From assembly GCA_037386545.1 (NCBI GenBank), contig JARRLY010000007.1, positions 1 to 58,944 on the forward strand: a stretch of DNA of 58,944 nucleotides. The letters are read 5' to 3'. The position numbers and the translations under genes are program-made. Source of the stretch: Candidatus Bathyarchaeota archaeon (GTDB lineage Archaea > Thermoproteota > Bathyarchaeia > Bathyarchaeales > Bathyarchaeaceae). Under the pieces are notes generated by a model. That model did not search any database. It was given only the letters and a program-made list of their open reading frames with translations, and was not told the origin of the DNA. Shown one piece after another: positions 50,694 to 58,944 of the stretch (positions are counted from its first letter, which is position 1; the number at the start of each line of letters is the position of its first letter).

Positions 50694-51592
50694 CAAACAA
50701 CAACGAAAAAAAGGAATACTGGCGTTGGCTGGAATACAAAAAAATAAGACCAAACATGGACCCAAAAAAAGCCAACATAATAACCGCCGGAGTAGACGTT
50801 GGTTCTGTTGGCTCTAAAGCAGTAATAATGCTAGACGGAAAAATCTATGCATGGAGCGTAATGCGCACGGGATCAAACAGCTCCGACAGTGCCAAAAAAG
50901 CTCTGGGATGGGCCATGGAAGACACTGGATTAACTCTTGATGATTTTCACTACATCGTGGGAACAGGTTACGGACGAGTAAACGTTCCCATGGCAAACCG
51001 AGCAATCACAGAAATTGCGTGCCACGCCAAAGGCGCCAACTACATCTGGGGACCAACAGTTAGAACCGTTCTGGATGTTGGTGGACAAGACGTTAAAGCA
51101 ATCAAAGTCGACCAAAACGGAAAAGTTGTAAGTTTTCTAATGAACGATAAATGCGCGGCAGGCACAGGACGAGGAATGGAAGTAATAGCTGACCTGCTAA
51201 AAATCCCAATCGAAGATGTGGGTAAAGTCTCGTTAAGCGTAACTGAAGAACCCAAACCAGTCAGCAGCACATGTGTAGTTTTCGCAAAAACTGAGGCAGT
51301 TGGTTTGCTCCGAAAAGGCTGGACCAAAGAAAAAGTTATAGCAGCATACGTCAAAGCCATGGCAATCCGAATGAGCGAGCTTATCGAAAAAGTGGGTTGC
51401 GAAAAAGACTTCGTAATCACGGGTGGACAGTCCAAAAACATTGGAATTGTAGACCGGGTGGAGAAAATTCTAGGCGTAAAAAGGTTGCCGGTTCCAAACC
51501 TTGAAGAAACAGGATTGGATCCTGCTTCTGCTGGTGCAATTGGGGCGGCTTTGTTTGCTAAAGCATTATACGAAAAATCCCAAAAACAATGA
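50690..51592 (+). CDS. ASKHA-type ATP-dependent activator, BzdQ/BcrA-like
   Basis: N-terminal EYWRW extension, GVDVGSV, GTGYGR, EIACHAKG, DVGGQD, MNDKCAAGTG, STCVVFA. Confidence 0.87.
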   Translation: MTNNNEKKEYWRWLEYKKIRPNMDPKKANIITAGVDVGSVGSKAVIMLDGKIYAWSVMRTGSNSSDSAKKALGWAMEDTGLTLDDFHYIVGTGYGRVNVPMANRAITEIACHAKGANYIWGPTVRTVLDVGGQDVKAIKVDQNGKVVSFLMNDKCAAGTGRGMEVIADLLKIPIEDVGKVSLSVTEEPKPVSSTCVVFAKTEAVGLLRKGWTKEKVIAAYVKAMAIRMSELIEKVGCEKDFVITGGQSKNIGIVDRVEKILGVKRLPVPNLEETGLDPASAGAIGAALFAKALYEKSQKQ

Positions 51593-51610
51593 ATCAAAGG
51601 TGAAGGAAAA

Positions 51611-51898
51611 ATAATAACATATTATGGTTACACTGATGGCTCTGGCGAATATTACATAGTTATTGACGCAGACAAATGCAACAGCTGCGGAGAATGCATT
51701 AGTGCATGCCCTCAACAAGCCTTGCAAATGGAAGACATTTTCATAGACCTAGAAGACAAATCAGTCGCTGCAGTCACAAAAGAGCACCGCAAAAAAATCC
51801 GATATACTTGTTCGTCCTGCAAGCCAGAGGAAAACAGCCTGCCTTGTGTTGAAGCATGCAAACAAAAAGCCATTTCGTGCATCTGGAAGCCCAAGTAA
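51611..51898 (+). CDS. BzdM-like ferredoxin with probable ATA start
   Basis: Not in ORF track. Translates (M)ITYYGYTDGSGEYYIVIDADKCNSCGECISACP...IRYTCSSCKP...PCVEACKQKAISCIWKPK; GGTGA SD upstream. Confidence 0.82.
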   Translation: MITYYGYTDGSGEYYIVIDADKCNSCGECISACPQQALQMEDIFIDLEDKSVAAVTKEHRKKIRYTCSSCKPEENSLPCVEACKQKAISCIWKPK

Positions 51899-52040
51899 GT
51901 AAATATTGGATTAATTTTACGCTTATTTCAGCAAATTTATTACAACTTTGAATAAAAATATAATTATCTGTTCTAAAAATATACAAAATTTATATATTAA
52001 AAACAGTTCATTGACAAAATTCTTGATGATTCTTGGTATT

Positions 52041-52312
52041 ATGATGGGAGGCAAAAGTGTCAAGGTAGAAATAATAGCAGAGATTCTTTGCTTGTACATA
52101 ATCCACAAACAAGACTCGAATAATGTATGACTCAAACTTGTCTTTGAGAATGCTTCAACATTACCTTGGTTATATGTAAGAACATGGATTTTTAGAAACC
52201 AAAAGACAAATCAAAGTATTGGACATCAGACAAAGGACAAGAATTCGTCGAAAAATTAAACGAACTCAAAGAACTCATTGAAGAGCCAATTATACCAAAA
52301 AATAAAACCTAA
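52041..52312 (+). pseudogene. degraded archaeal winged-helix regulator
   Basis: Fragments EIIAEIL / KTRIMYDSNLS..MLQHYL..M* / KY.TSDKG.EF lie in different frames with an internal TAA. Confidence 0.6.
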
Positions 52313-52384
52313 GTTTTCACCAACAGTTTTCACAACCAAAATTTTTACCCGACAATAGGGTACAAAGGTTAAGGAGGAACATAA

Positions 52385-53005
52385 TTGAAGGGAAATCGAG
52401 CAAAAATGTTAAGGAACAGGGTTGCCCAAGAAGCCGCGTTGTTGTTGTATACGTGTCAAGAAAAAGAGTACAAGCAAGCAAAACAACAAGCTGCATCAAC
52501 TTTAGGAGTAAGAGTACTGCCCAGTAACGTAGAAGTTGCAGAGGAACTGGACATAATTGCACAAGAAAGAGAAGGCTCAGAAAGAAAACGAAGCCTTCTG
52601 AGAAGGCGAAAACTCGCAAAAGAAATAATGACAGAGTTAGTAGAGTTCAATCCAGTTCTGGTTGGCAGCGTTTGGAGAGGTACTGACCGAAAAACCAGTG
52701 ACATCGACATTTGTGTGTTTTCTGAGAACACTCAACAGGTATTAAAACAACTAGAAAAACAAGGATATTCAATAAGGGGAACTCAGCGCTGTTCAGTAAC
52801 TAAACAGGGATTAAAAATTTCATCATTTCACATCAAAGTTGTTCTTGATTCGAGGGATATCGTGGAAATTGTGGTTCGAAGCCCAGAACAGTTAGAAAAA
52901 ATAGAAAAATGTGAAACATATGGTGACGTGAAAACGGGATTGAATTTGAAACAGTTAAAAAAAGTTTTGGAGACTAATCCCCTTCAAAGGTTTGTTCCTC
53001 AGTGA
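52385..53005 (+). CDS. nucleotidyltransferase-domain protein
   Basis: VAQEAA.LLY...EKEY.QAK, LVGSVWRG....SDIDI. Confidence 0.8.
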   Translation: MKGNRAKMLRNRVAQEAALLLYTCQEKEYKQAKQQAASTLGVRVLPSNVEVAEELDIIAQEREGSERKRSLLRRRKLAKEIMTELVEFNPVLVGSVWRGTDRKTSDIDICVFSENTQQVLKQLEKQGYSIRGTQRCSVTKQGLKISSFHIKVVLDSRDIVEIVVRSPEQLEKIEKCETYGDVKTGLNLKQLKKVLETNPLQRFVPQ

Positions 53006-53070
53006 TCAGATTACTGTTTAAATATTGGTTTAGTACCAAAAAATTGTAGCAGCAAGGAGAAATTCTGAAC

Positions 53071-53415
53071 TTGAAACTGCGAAAAGAAAAATTCGAAAAA
53101 ATGTTTCCAAACCTAGCTGAAGAAATGTCAAATGATAGCTGCAAAACTAAAATCAATTCAGTTCGCTCTGATGTTACTACTGCGGAAAAGGCTGTTTCAA
53201 AAAGGTTTAATGGATACAGTCCAGACGCGATTGATTTTTTGCGTAGATGTGACACAGCTCAACAAGCAGAAGAAATAATCTGCTATCTGGAAAAACGCCA
53301 AGAAATTACTTCTGAATATGCTACGAAACTTCGAAAACAACTCAAAACCAAAGGCGTAAGAAGTTTTGGTGCAAAAAAAGAGTGTGATTACTACCTGCGG
53401 CAAGACGGCTATTAG
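53071..53415 (+). CDS. DUF2095-like protein
   Basis: F.K.FP.LA.E, GY.PD.IDFLRRC.T, GVRSFG.KK..DYY. Confidence 0.75.
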   Translation: MKLRKEKFEKMFPNLAEEMSNDSCKTKINSVRSDVTTAEKAVSKRFNGYSPDAIDFLRRCDTAQQAEEIICYLEKRQEITSEYATKLRKQLKTKGVRSFGAKKECDYYLRQDGY

Positions 53416-53482
53416 AGAGCTGAATACAAAAAAAGACTAAAAAACAATGAATTTTTTTCTTAGAGCAAAAACTTGTTTAGGT

Positions 53483-53758
53483 TCAGCGCTTTAAGTTTAT
53501 TTCAATTGTTGAAACATTTCTTGTTCCTTCGTCGCGTTGTAGTTCTTCGGTTCCGATTTCGATTTTCTCCAATTTAAGGTCTTTCATGAATTTTCGGCGA
53601 ACAATTTCGACAACGTCAATAGCTGTGGTTATTGCACGTCCTCGGGCTTTCAAGGTAGCAGTTTTAGCGTCAGATTCGTTGAAGTGAGTTATCACGGCAA
53701 GAACGTAGCTCATTGCAGGTTTTGTTCCAACATAGATTGTGTTTGGGTCTTTTGTCAC
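53483..53758 (-). CDS. albA: DNA/RNA-binding protein Alba
   Basis: IYVG.KP.MSYVLAV, KARGRAI, NVSTIEI. Confidence 0.95.
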   Translation of the reverse strand: MTKDPNTIYVGTKPAMSYVLAVITHFNESDAKTATLKARGRAITTAIDVVEIVRRKFMKDLKLEKIEIGTEELQRDEGTRNVSTIEINLKR

Positions 53759-53811
53759 ATAGACACCTCCATTTTTTACTTGTTTAGTTTACTAGATCTT
53801 TTGGAATCAGA

Positions 53812-53825
53812 TTCATAATTATGAA
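53812..53825. promoter_or_regulatory. 14-bp perfect palindrome between divergent alba and purH-N
   Basis: TTCATAATTATGAA. Confidence 0.35.
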
Positions 53826-53940
53826 CCTGTTCTATTCTTTGTTAGTGTATTAGCCTTTTTAATTTTTGCATAAAAATTAGTATTGAAAAGTTTTTGTTTC
53901 ATTAAAAATATAAAAAAGGTGCCAATTGGAGTAATCAAAC

Positions 53941-54522
53941 ATGAAATGGGCATTGATTTCTGTTCACGACAAATCTGGAATAGTTGATTTCGCTAAGGAA
54001 CTCAACAAACAAGGATTTTGTGTTATTTCCACAGGGGGAAGTTTAACCACTCTTAAAGAAGGTGGAGTTTCAAAGGTTAAACATGTTTCCGAAATAACTG
54101 GTTTTCCTGAAATACTAGAAGGTAGAATTAAAACAGTGCATCCAAAAATTTTGGGGGGAATTCTCGCACTAAGAAACAACCCAGCTCACATAAGGGAACT
54201 TGAACAATTTCAGATAGAACCGATTGATCTGGTTATTTGTAATTTGTATCCTTTTGAAAAAATAACAAAAGAAGAAGGGGCAACTCTAAAAACAGCTTTA
54301 GAAAACATCGACATTGGGGGTCCGAACATGATTCGTGCGGCTGCAAAAAATTTTGAAAACGTGGTCGTAGTTGTTAAACCAAGCAGGTACATGCAGGTTC
54401 TTGAAGAATACAAAAAGAATGGTGATGTTAGTTTTGAAACTCGAAAAGTTTTGGCTGTTGAAGCTTTCCAACAAACTTCACGATACGATTCAGTAATCAG
54501 GGAATTTTTAGAAAAAACATAA
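53941..54522 (+). CDS. purH: IMP cyclohydrolase (stand-alone N-terminal MGS-like domain of PurH)
   Basis: ALISV.DK.G, STGG, TGFPEILEGR.KT.HP, ENIDIGGP.MIRAAAKN; no transformylase domain. Confidence 0.85.
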   Translation: MKWALISVHDKSGIVDFAKELNKQGFCVISTGGSLTTLKEGGVSKVKHVSEITGFPEILEGRIKTVHPKILGGILALRNNPAHIRELEQFQIEPIDLVICNLYPFEKITKEEGATLKTALENIDIGGPNMIRAAAKNFENVVVVVKPSRYMQVLEEYKKNGDVSFETRKVLAVEAFQQTSRYDSVIREFLEKT

Positions 54523-54579
54523 CCATTTAGCAGGTTTATATCAGTCTATAAAGAAGTAACTTGTTGAGAGGCACAATTA

Positions 54580-55969
54580 ATGAAATTCAGTTGCTACGGC
54601 GGGGTCGGCGACATTGGTGGAAACAAAATCCTAGTTAAAATGGGAAAAGCATCAATTTTTCTTGATTTTGGATTATCTTACAGCGAGGAGGGATTGTTTT
54701 TTGAAGAATTTTTACAACCCCGTTCAGGCTGTAAAATACACGATTTACTAAAACTGGGAATGCTACCAAAAATTAATGGAATCTACCGGCAAGACGCCCT
54801 TTGCCCAAAAGATTTTGAAAACTACAATGTTCGCGCAAAAGATTTTTGGAAAACAAACATTCAAAGTTTTGAAGAAGCACAAACAATTAACCGCAACAAA
54901 AGACCGAAAAATGGCACAACTAAAAACGGGTTATTTTCCGGGTGAACCAAAAGTTGGATATGCAAAACAAGAAATTAACCGAGAGTTTTGCAACCTAGAG
55001 CACAAAGAGCCGCAAACAATCAAAAACGAGTTGACGGTTACAGCATTTGAAGTGGACCATTCAATACCAGGATCTATGTCGTGTTTGCTTGAGTCAAAAG
55101 GCGTTCAGGTCTTGTATACAGGGGATATTCGTTTTCATGGCAAATCAGGCTATAACCTCGGAGACGAACTAAATGGTCTTGTCCCTGATGTTATGTTTTG
55201 TGAAGGCACTCGTATCGACAAAACTGAACCGGACAACGAAAAGCAAGTAGAGTCAGACCTCGCAGAAATTTTTTCTGAATCTGAAGGTTTGGTTATGGTG
55301 GGTTTCACATGGAAAGACATAGACAGATACGAAACTGTAAGGGATGCAGCAATAAAAAGCGGAAAGACCCCAGTTTTTGACCCAAGGTTAGCTTACCTTC
55401 TGGCAAGATTAGGTAGAAGCGTGTATGATGAAGGAGCAACTGTGTTTCTTGAACGGTGTGGTTCTATGCTTTATTCTCCAGGAGATTACAGCAACTACAA
55501 GCACAAAGTTGGGGACATGGCTCTTTCCGAGTGGAGCAACAATCGGGACAACAAAACCGTGGACACAAAACACCTCGAAAAAGGAGTTGACGCCCTTGAA
55601 CTCAACAAAAATCCTTCAAGCTATGTGTTACATATGGACTATTTTAGATTCAAAAACATTTTAGATTTCAATCTTCCCGAGGGCTCCGTATTTGTAAGGG
55701 CACAATGTGAACCTTTCAATCCCAGAATGGAACTTTCTCAAAAAAGGATGATACGGTGGCTCGAACACTTTAACATTAACGCCAAAAATGATTACAAACC
55801 ATATCAAATTCACGCTAGCGGTCATGCTTCAGGTCCAGAAATACAAGATATGATAAACAAAATCAAACCCAAACTGTTGGTTCCTGTTCATACAAAAAAC
55901 CCCAAACGATTCAAGAACCCTGCTGGTGGAATTTACACTCCAGTAAAGGGTGAAGAAAAGACATTTTGA
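54580..55969 (+). pseudogene. beta-CASP metallo-beta-lactamase (RNase J-like), frameshifted and internally deleted as assembled
   Basis: N-part GGVGDIGGNKI..FLDFG; C-part in another frame with VDHS, YTGD.RFHG, EGT, HASGH, PVH. HxHxDH is absent. Confidence 0.8.
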
Positions 55970-55993
55970 TAACGTTTTTTAGACTCGGCAGGG

Positions 55994-56392
55994 TTGTTTA
56001 TTTGGGAGATGAATATTTTGAGTGAAGACTATTCTTTAACTGAATTAAACAGACCAGACTGGAACAACATGACTGTAATGTCAAAAAAACACACACCTAT
56101 AATTGAAGCACCTAGCAAAGTTAAGGTGGATGAACCCTTTACAGTAAAAATCAAGGTTGGAGGAATCGACGGAGTTGAACACCCAAACAGCTTGAGTCAC
56201 TGGATTAACTGGGTGAATCTTTATGCAGGAAAAAGATTAATCTCTAGAACAGAGTTTGGTGCCGAATTATCAGATGGCTACGTCATAACAATTAAGGTAT
56301 TACTAAAAGAGACAACTACTCTACACGCACAAGAGTTTTGCAACTTGCATGGAGTCTGGGAAGGAAAAGCAGTAAAAGTTGACGTTGAATAA
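55994..56392 (+). CDS. sor: 1Fe superoxide reductase (neelaredoxin-type)
   Basis: KKHTP, HP...HWI.W, CNLHGVW. The true start is probably a few codons downstream. Confidence 0.85.
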   Translation: MFIWEMNILSEDYSLTELNRPDWNNMTVMSKKHTPIIEAPSKVKVDEPFTVKIKVGGIDGVEHPNSLSHWINWVNLYAGKRLISRTEFGAELSDGYVITIKVLLKETTTLHAQEFCNLHGVWEGKAVKVDVE

Positions 56393-56721
56393 AATCAACG
56401 CACCCAAAAACATCTGCTAAATCAGAGGTTAACCCCTAAAAGGGTTTCACCTACATTTTTTGCTTATTGATTTATCTGGTGACTATTTGAGTATATTCTA
56501 CAAAAAACACATAAAAAACTAGCTATAGTTGTTTAACATTAAAAATTGACAGATTCTAGCTTAAAATTCAGATTAAATACCCGTAGTATATATATTTAAC
56601 CGTACATTATATAAATACATAGAATTCGCTGAGTGACCGTCGACAAAATTTGGAGATTTGTCGTTTATTCTTAGTGTTCTATTCAAAGCATACGGATTAA
56701 CCAGGGAGGTGTATTGAAAAA

Positions 56722-56894
56722 TTGTCAATGTCTGGGATTCAATTTAAAATGCGAAATAGACTCATTCGAAAATTTGAGCAAGCAGGAGCAACATCCATGG
56801 ACAGCGCAGTAACTTTTGAAGAAGCGAACTTGGATGTTCAAGAACAATATTGGTTAGATTATTTTGCTGGATCTTTTCTTGGATGCATAAAAAA
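56722..56894 (+). pseudogene. hypothetical protein, 3' end apparently lost
   Basis: GGAGGTG SD; protein-like up to FLGCIK, then reads antisense through the convergent gene. Confidence 0.45.
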
Positions 56895-57058
56895 CGAACA
56901 TTTTGAACGCTTACCAATTCCCAACCTTCTGTTCCTAAAGAATTCAATTCATCTTGCACATTTTGTATAACAGCATTCTTTTTTTGTGAATTACGGCTGA
57001 TACCAATTTTAGTTCGTAACGGAAGAACAATATATTCCCACTTACTCAAAACAAACAC
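56889..57058 (-). pseudogene. DUF4177-like protein, 3' end apparently lost
   Basis: KWEY...LN.LG.EGWELVSV motif; the expected short FKR-type end is missing. Confidence 0.6.
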
Positions 57059-57241
57059 ATCTACATCAAAGGCAACATCAGCTTGTTCTTAAAGGTGCCT
57101 AGGGGCAATCAATCAAAACAAAACAAATGCTAAAAGAGAAAATAAAAAAGAAAACAAAAAATAATTTCAAAAGAAACTCTCACTTTTTGGGAAAAACCAC
57201 CAAAAACGTTTGAAAAAATTACTTTTCAGAACTTTTCGCAG

Positions 57242-57448
57242 TTACTTTCCCCGACTTGCCCAAGCATTTTTCATGTTGAACATTATTGGTTCTCTGCGAG
57301 GTCTTTCGCGTGATTTACCTCTTCGTTTGGAGAAACAACTCTTACAATAAACTGGTTTACCTTTTGTAGGTTCAAAAGGAACGGTAGTATCTTTACCACA
57401 TTCAGTGCATTTGACGTCATACATCTTCTTTTCAGACACGATATTCAC
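57242..57448 (-). CDS. CxxC-x17-CxxC zinc-ribbon protein
   Basis: CTECG..TTVPFEP..GKPVYCKSCF. Confidence 0.88.
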   Translation of the reverse strand: MNIVSEKKMYDVKCTECGKDTTVPFEPTKGKPVYCKSCFSKRRGKSRERPRREPIMFNMKNAWASRGK

Positions 57449-57483
57449 CTCGACACTAGCTTAGAAAAGGTTCCAGTTATTTT

Positions 57484-57502
57484 ATGCAGAACAATTCTGC
57501 AT
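57484..57502. promoter_or_regulatory. inverted repeat in the leader of the CxxC-x17-CxxC gene
   Basis: ATGCAGAA-CAA-TTCTGCAT. Confidence 0.35.
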
Positions 57503-57565
57503 TAACGAAACTCTTCAAATATACTAACAAACTCCCCTTTATAAAGAAACGGAAAAATTTACAAA

Positions 57566-58102
57566 CTAAAGACCAGAAACCAGCTCTTTAATTTCAGATT
57601 TTATTTTTTCCAGCTCTTCTGGAGTTGGTTTTCCATGAATATCACCCATTTTGCCCTGAGTGCTAAACTCTTCAGAACCACGAAATTCACTTAGAACACA
57701 CCATTCGCCCAATATTGTGAATCCCAAGTGTTCAAAAAACTGACCAGCATACAACACTGCAGGAGTTGCCTCCCGAACTCCAGTATGAGGACCAGAATAG
57801 GTACAAAAAACTAAAGCATACTTTCCGGCAACGGTTGGTGAACCTCTTTGGATTTTTTCTTGTTTTTTGTATAAATCAAATTTTTTGTGCAAAAAATCTG
57901 CAACAGGCTTGGGAAGATGCCAATGATAAGAAGGAAAACCCACACAAACTAGGTCGTAATCAAAATAGTCAAGTTTTTCTGCTTCAGTAGTTGTCTTTAA
58001 CGAGACATCCAATCCTGCAGATTCTAAAGCATCATTTATTGCAAAAGCAACTTTTTGCGTGTTTCCAGTTTTAGACCAGTATAAAACCAAAGCATTTTTC
58101 AA
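57566..58102 (-). CDS. flavodoxin-family protein
   Basis: YWSKTGNT.KVA FMN loop, VGFPSY. Confidence 0.88.
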   Translation of the reverse strand: MKNALVLYWSKTGNTQKVAFAINDALESAGLDVSLKTTTEAEKLDYFDYDLVCVGFPSYHWHLPKPVADFLHKKFDLYKKQEKIQRGSPTVAGKYALVFCTYSGPHTGVREATPAVLYAGQFFEHLGFTILGEWCVLSEFRGSEEFSTQGKMGDIHGKPTPEELEKIKSEIKELVSGL

Positions 58103-58160
58103 AAAATTAACCCCTTTGATCTATCAAACAAACAAAGAAAAAAGAAAGCTTCATTATAAG

Positions 58161-58400
58161 TTACTGTTTGTCGTCGAGTATCAACATGGTTATGGTTGAA
58201 CGAACGTTTTTTAGATTGCGTATTTTCCAAGTGACTATGTCTTTGAGTTTTTCCATAGTTTCTGCTTGAATTTTTGCAACTAGGTCGTAAACTCCGTAAA
58301 CGGGAAAGATCTCTACAACAGAATCAAGTTTTTCTAAGGTTGCTGCTATGTCTTCCATGTGTTTGGGTTCTGTGTTAATCAGAACATAAGCCATTGCCAT
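58161..58400 (-). CDS. stand-alone Lrp/AsnC ligand-binding (RAM) domain
   Basis: AYVLIN, VYGVYDLV, IR.L..VRST.T. Start taken at ATG 58400. Confidence 0.85.
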   Translation of the reverse strand: MAMAYVLINTEPKHMEDIAATLEKLDSVVEIFPVYGVYDLVAKIQAETMEKLKDIVTWKIRNLKNVRSTITMLILDDKQ

Positions 58401-58507
58401 AACGATTTTCTCCACTTCTAGCACGGAGATTAATCCTAATAATTGTTTCTTTTTAATTGTACTTCGAGTGTTCAGCAATTGATTTTCTGCAAACGAACCT
58501 AATTTAT

Positions 58508-58944
58508 CTATTTTGTATAATCAAAAATCCGTTTTTGGATGCCGCCATCCTTCATACCCATAACAAACTCGATTACATCCTCGGGTTCGTTAAACTTCAA
58601 CTTCGTTAAGCTCGTAAAACCCCAATCCGAACACTTTATGCTAGAAATTGTGGAAGCAGCACTAACAGATTTCGCAAAATCTTCAGTAAGATTATATGTA
58701 GCCAAAAAAGCTCCACACCAAACATCCCCAGCTCCGGTGGTGTCCACTATTTTTTCTGGAGGTAAAACCAAAGCAGGAACCATTTGCATACCAACATCTT
58801 CAGCTTTGATTATTGCACCTAAGGTTCCTAAAGTAACAATTAGTCGCTTAGCTTTCAAGAGTCGAACGGCAGAAGATATAGAGTCAGTTTCAGCTAATGC
58901 TTTTGCTTCCGTGTCATTTAAAATAAAAAAGTCAGCCTTCAAGG
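58508..58944 (-). CDS. PfkB-family carbohydrate kinase (5' end outside window)
   Basis: N..EA, VTLG..GA, VDTTGAGD. Confidence 0.88.
   Translation of the reverse strand, partial: LKADFFILNDTEAKALAETDSISSAVRLLKAKRLIVTLGTLGAIIKAEDVGMQMVPALVLPPEKIVDTTGAGDVWCGAFLATYNLTEDFAKSVSAASTISSIKCSDWGFTSLTKLKFNEPEDVIEFVMGMKDGGIQKRIFDYTK

Noticed and set aside
48548..51592. Calling the cluster a canonical benzoyl-CoA reductase
   Set aside because: Only one catalytic-family chain is present, it has a DCCP-like six-Cys pattern, and there are no adjacent aromatic degradation genes.
48520..51597. Long antisense ORFs (302, 247 and 185 aa) opposite the reductase operon
   Set aside because: They are shadow frames of strongly coding plus-strand genes and carry no motifs.
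1..58944. CRISPR arrays, rRNA, IS elements, reverse transcriptase/DGR
   Set aside because: No repeat-spacer periodicity, long GC-rich structural RNA, transposase or RT motifs were recognised by eye.

Overview
AT-rich archaeal chromosomal segment, most consistent with Bathyarchaeia/TACK. That assignment is an inference from TFB, Alba, eS8, SRP19, Gar1, SMC-ScpAB, a Cren7-like protein, an archaeal tRNA-iMet and many TTG starts. Most of it is housekeeping and anaerobic metabolism: Rqc2, M32 peptidase, tusA-iscS-iscU, a GlpA-like three-gene oxidoreductase, serB, class I GAPDH-PGK, MvhGA [NiFe] hydrogenase, a GcvH/LipS1/LipS2/LplA lipoylation set, a P2-type ATPase, H+-PPase and superoxide reductase. 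The best candidate for an undescribed system is a six-gene operon at 46660-51898. It encodes a DsbD/CcdA-like membrane protein, a NapH/MauN-like membrane polyferredoxin, a single-chain double-cubane (DCCP/HgdAB-family) reductase, a BzdP/BzdQ-like ATPase pair and a BzdM-like ferredoxin with an ATA start that the ORF track misses. A second NapH-like paralogue at 25.9 kb sits next to a large CARDB-repeat surface protein. The window also has about nine apparent short deletions hitting normally conserved genes (eS8, SRP19, Gar1/TFB, PGK, P-type ATPase, PPase, an RNase J-like gene and others). These are most simply explained as local assembly errors and need a read-level check. No CRISPR array, rRNA or transposase was seen. 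All family calls come from motif recognition, not database searches.
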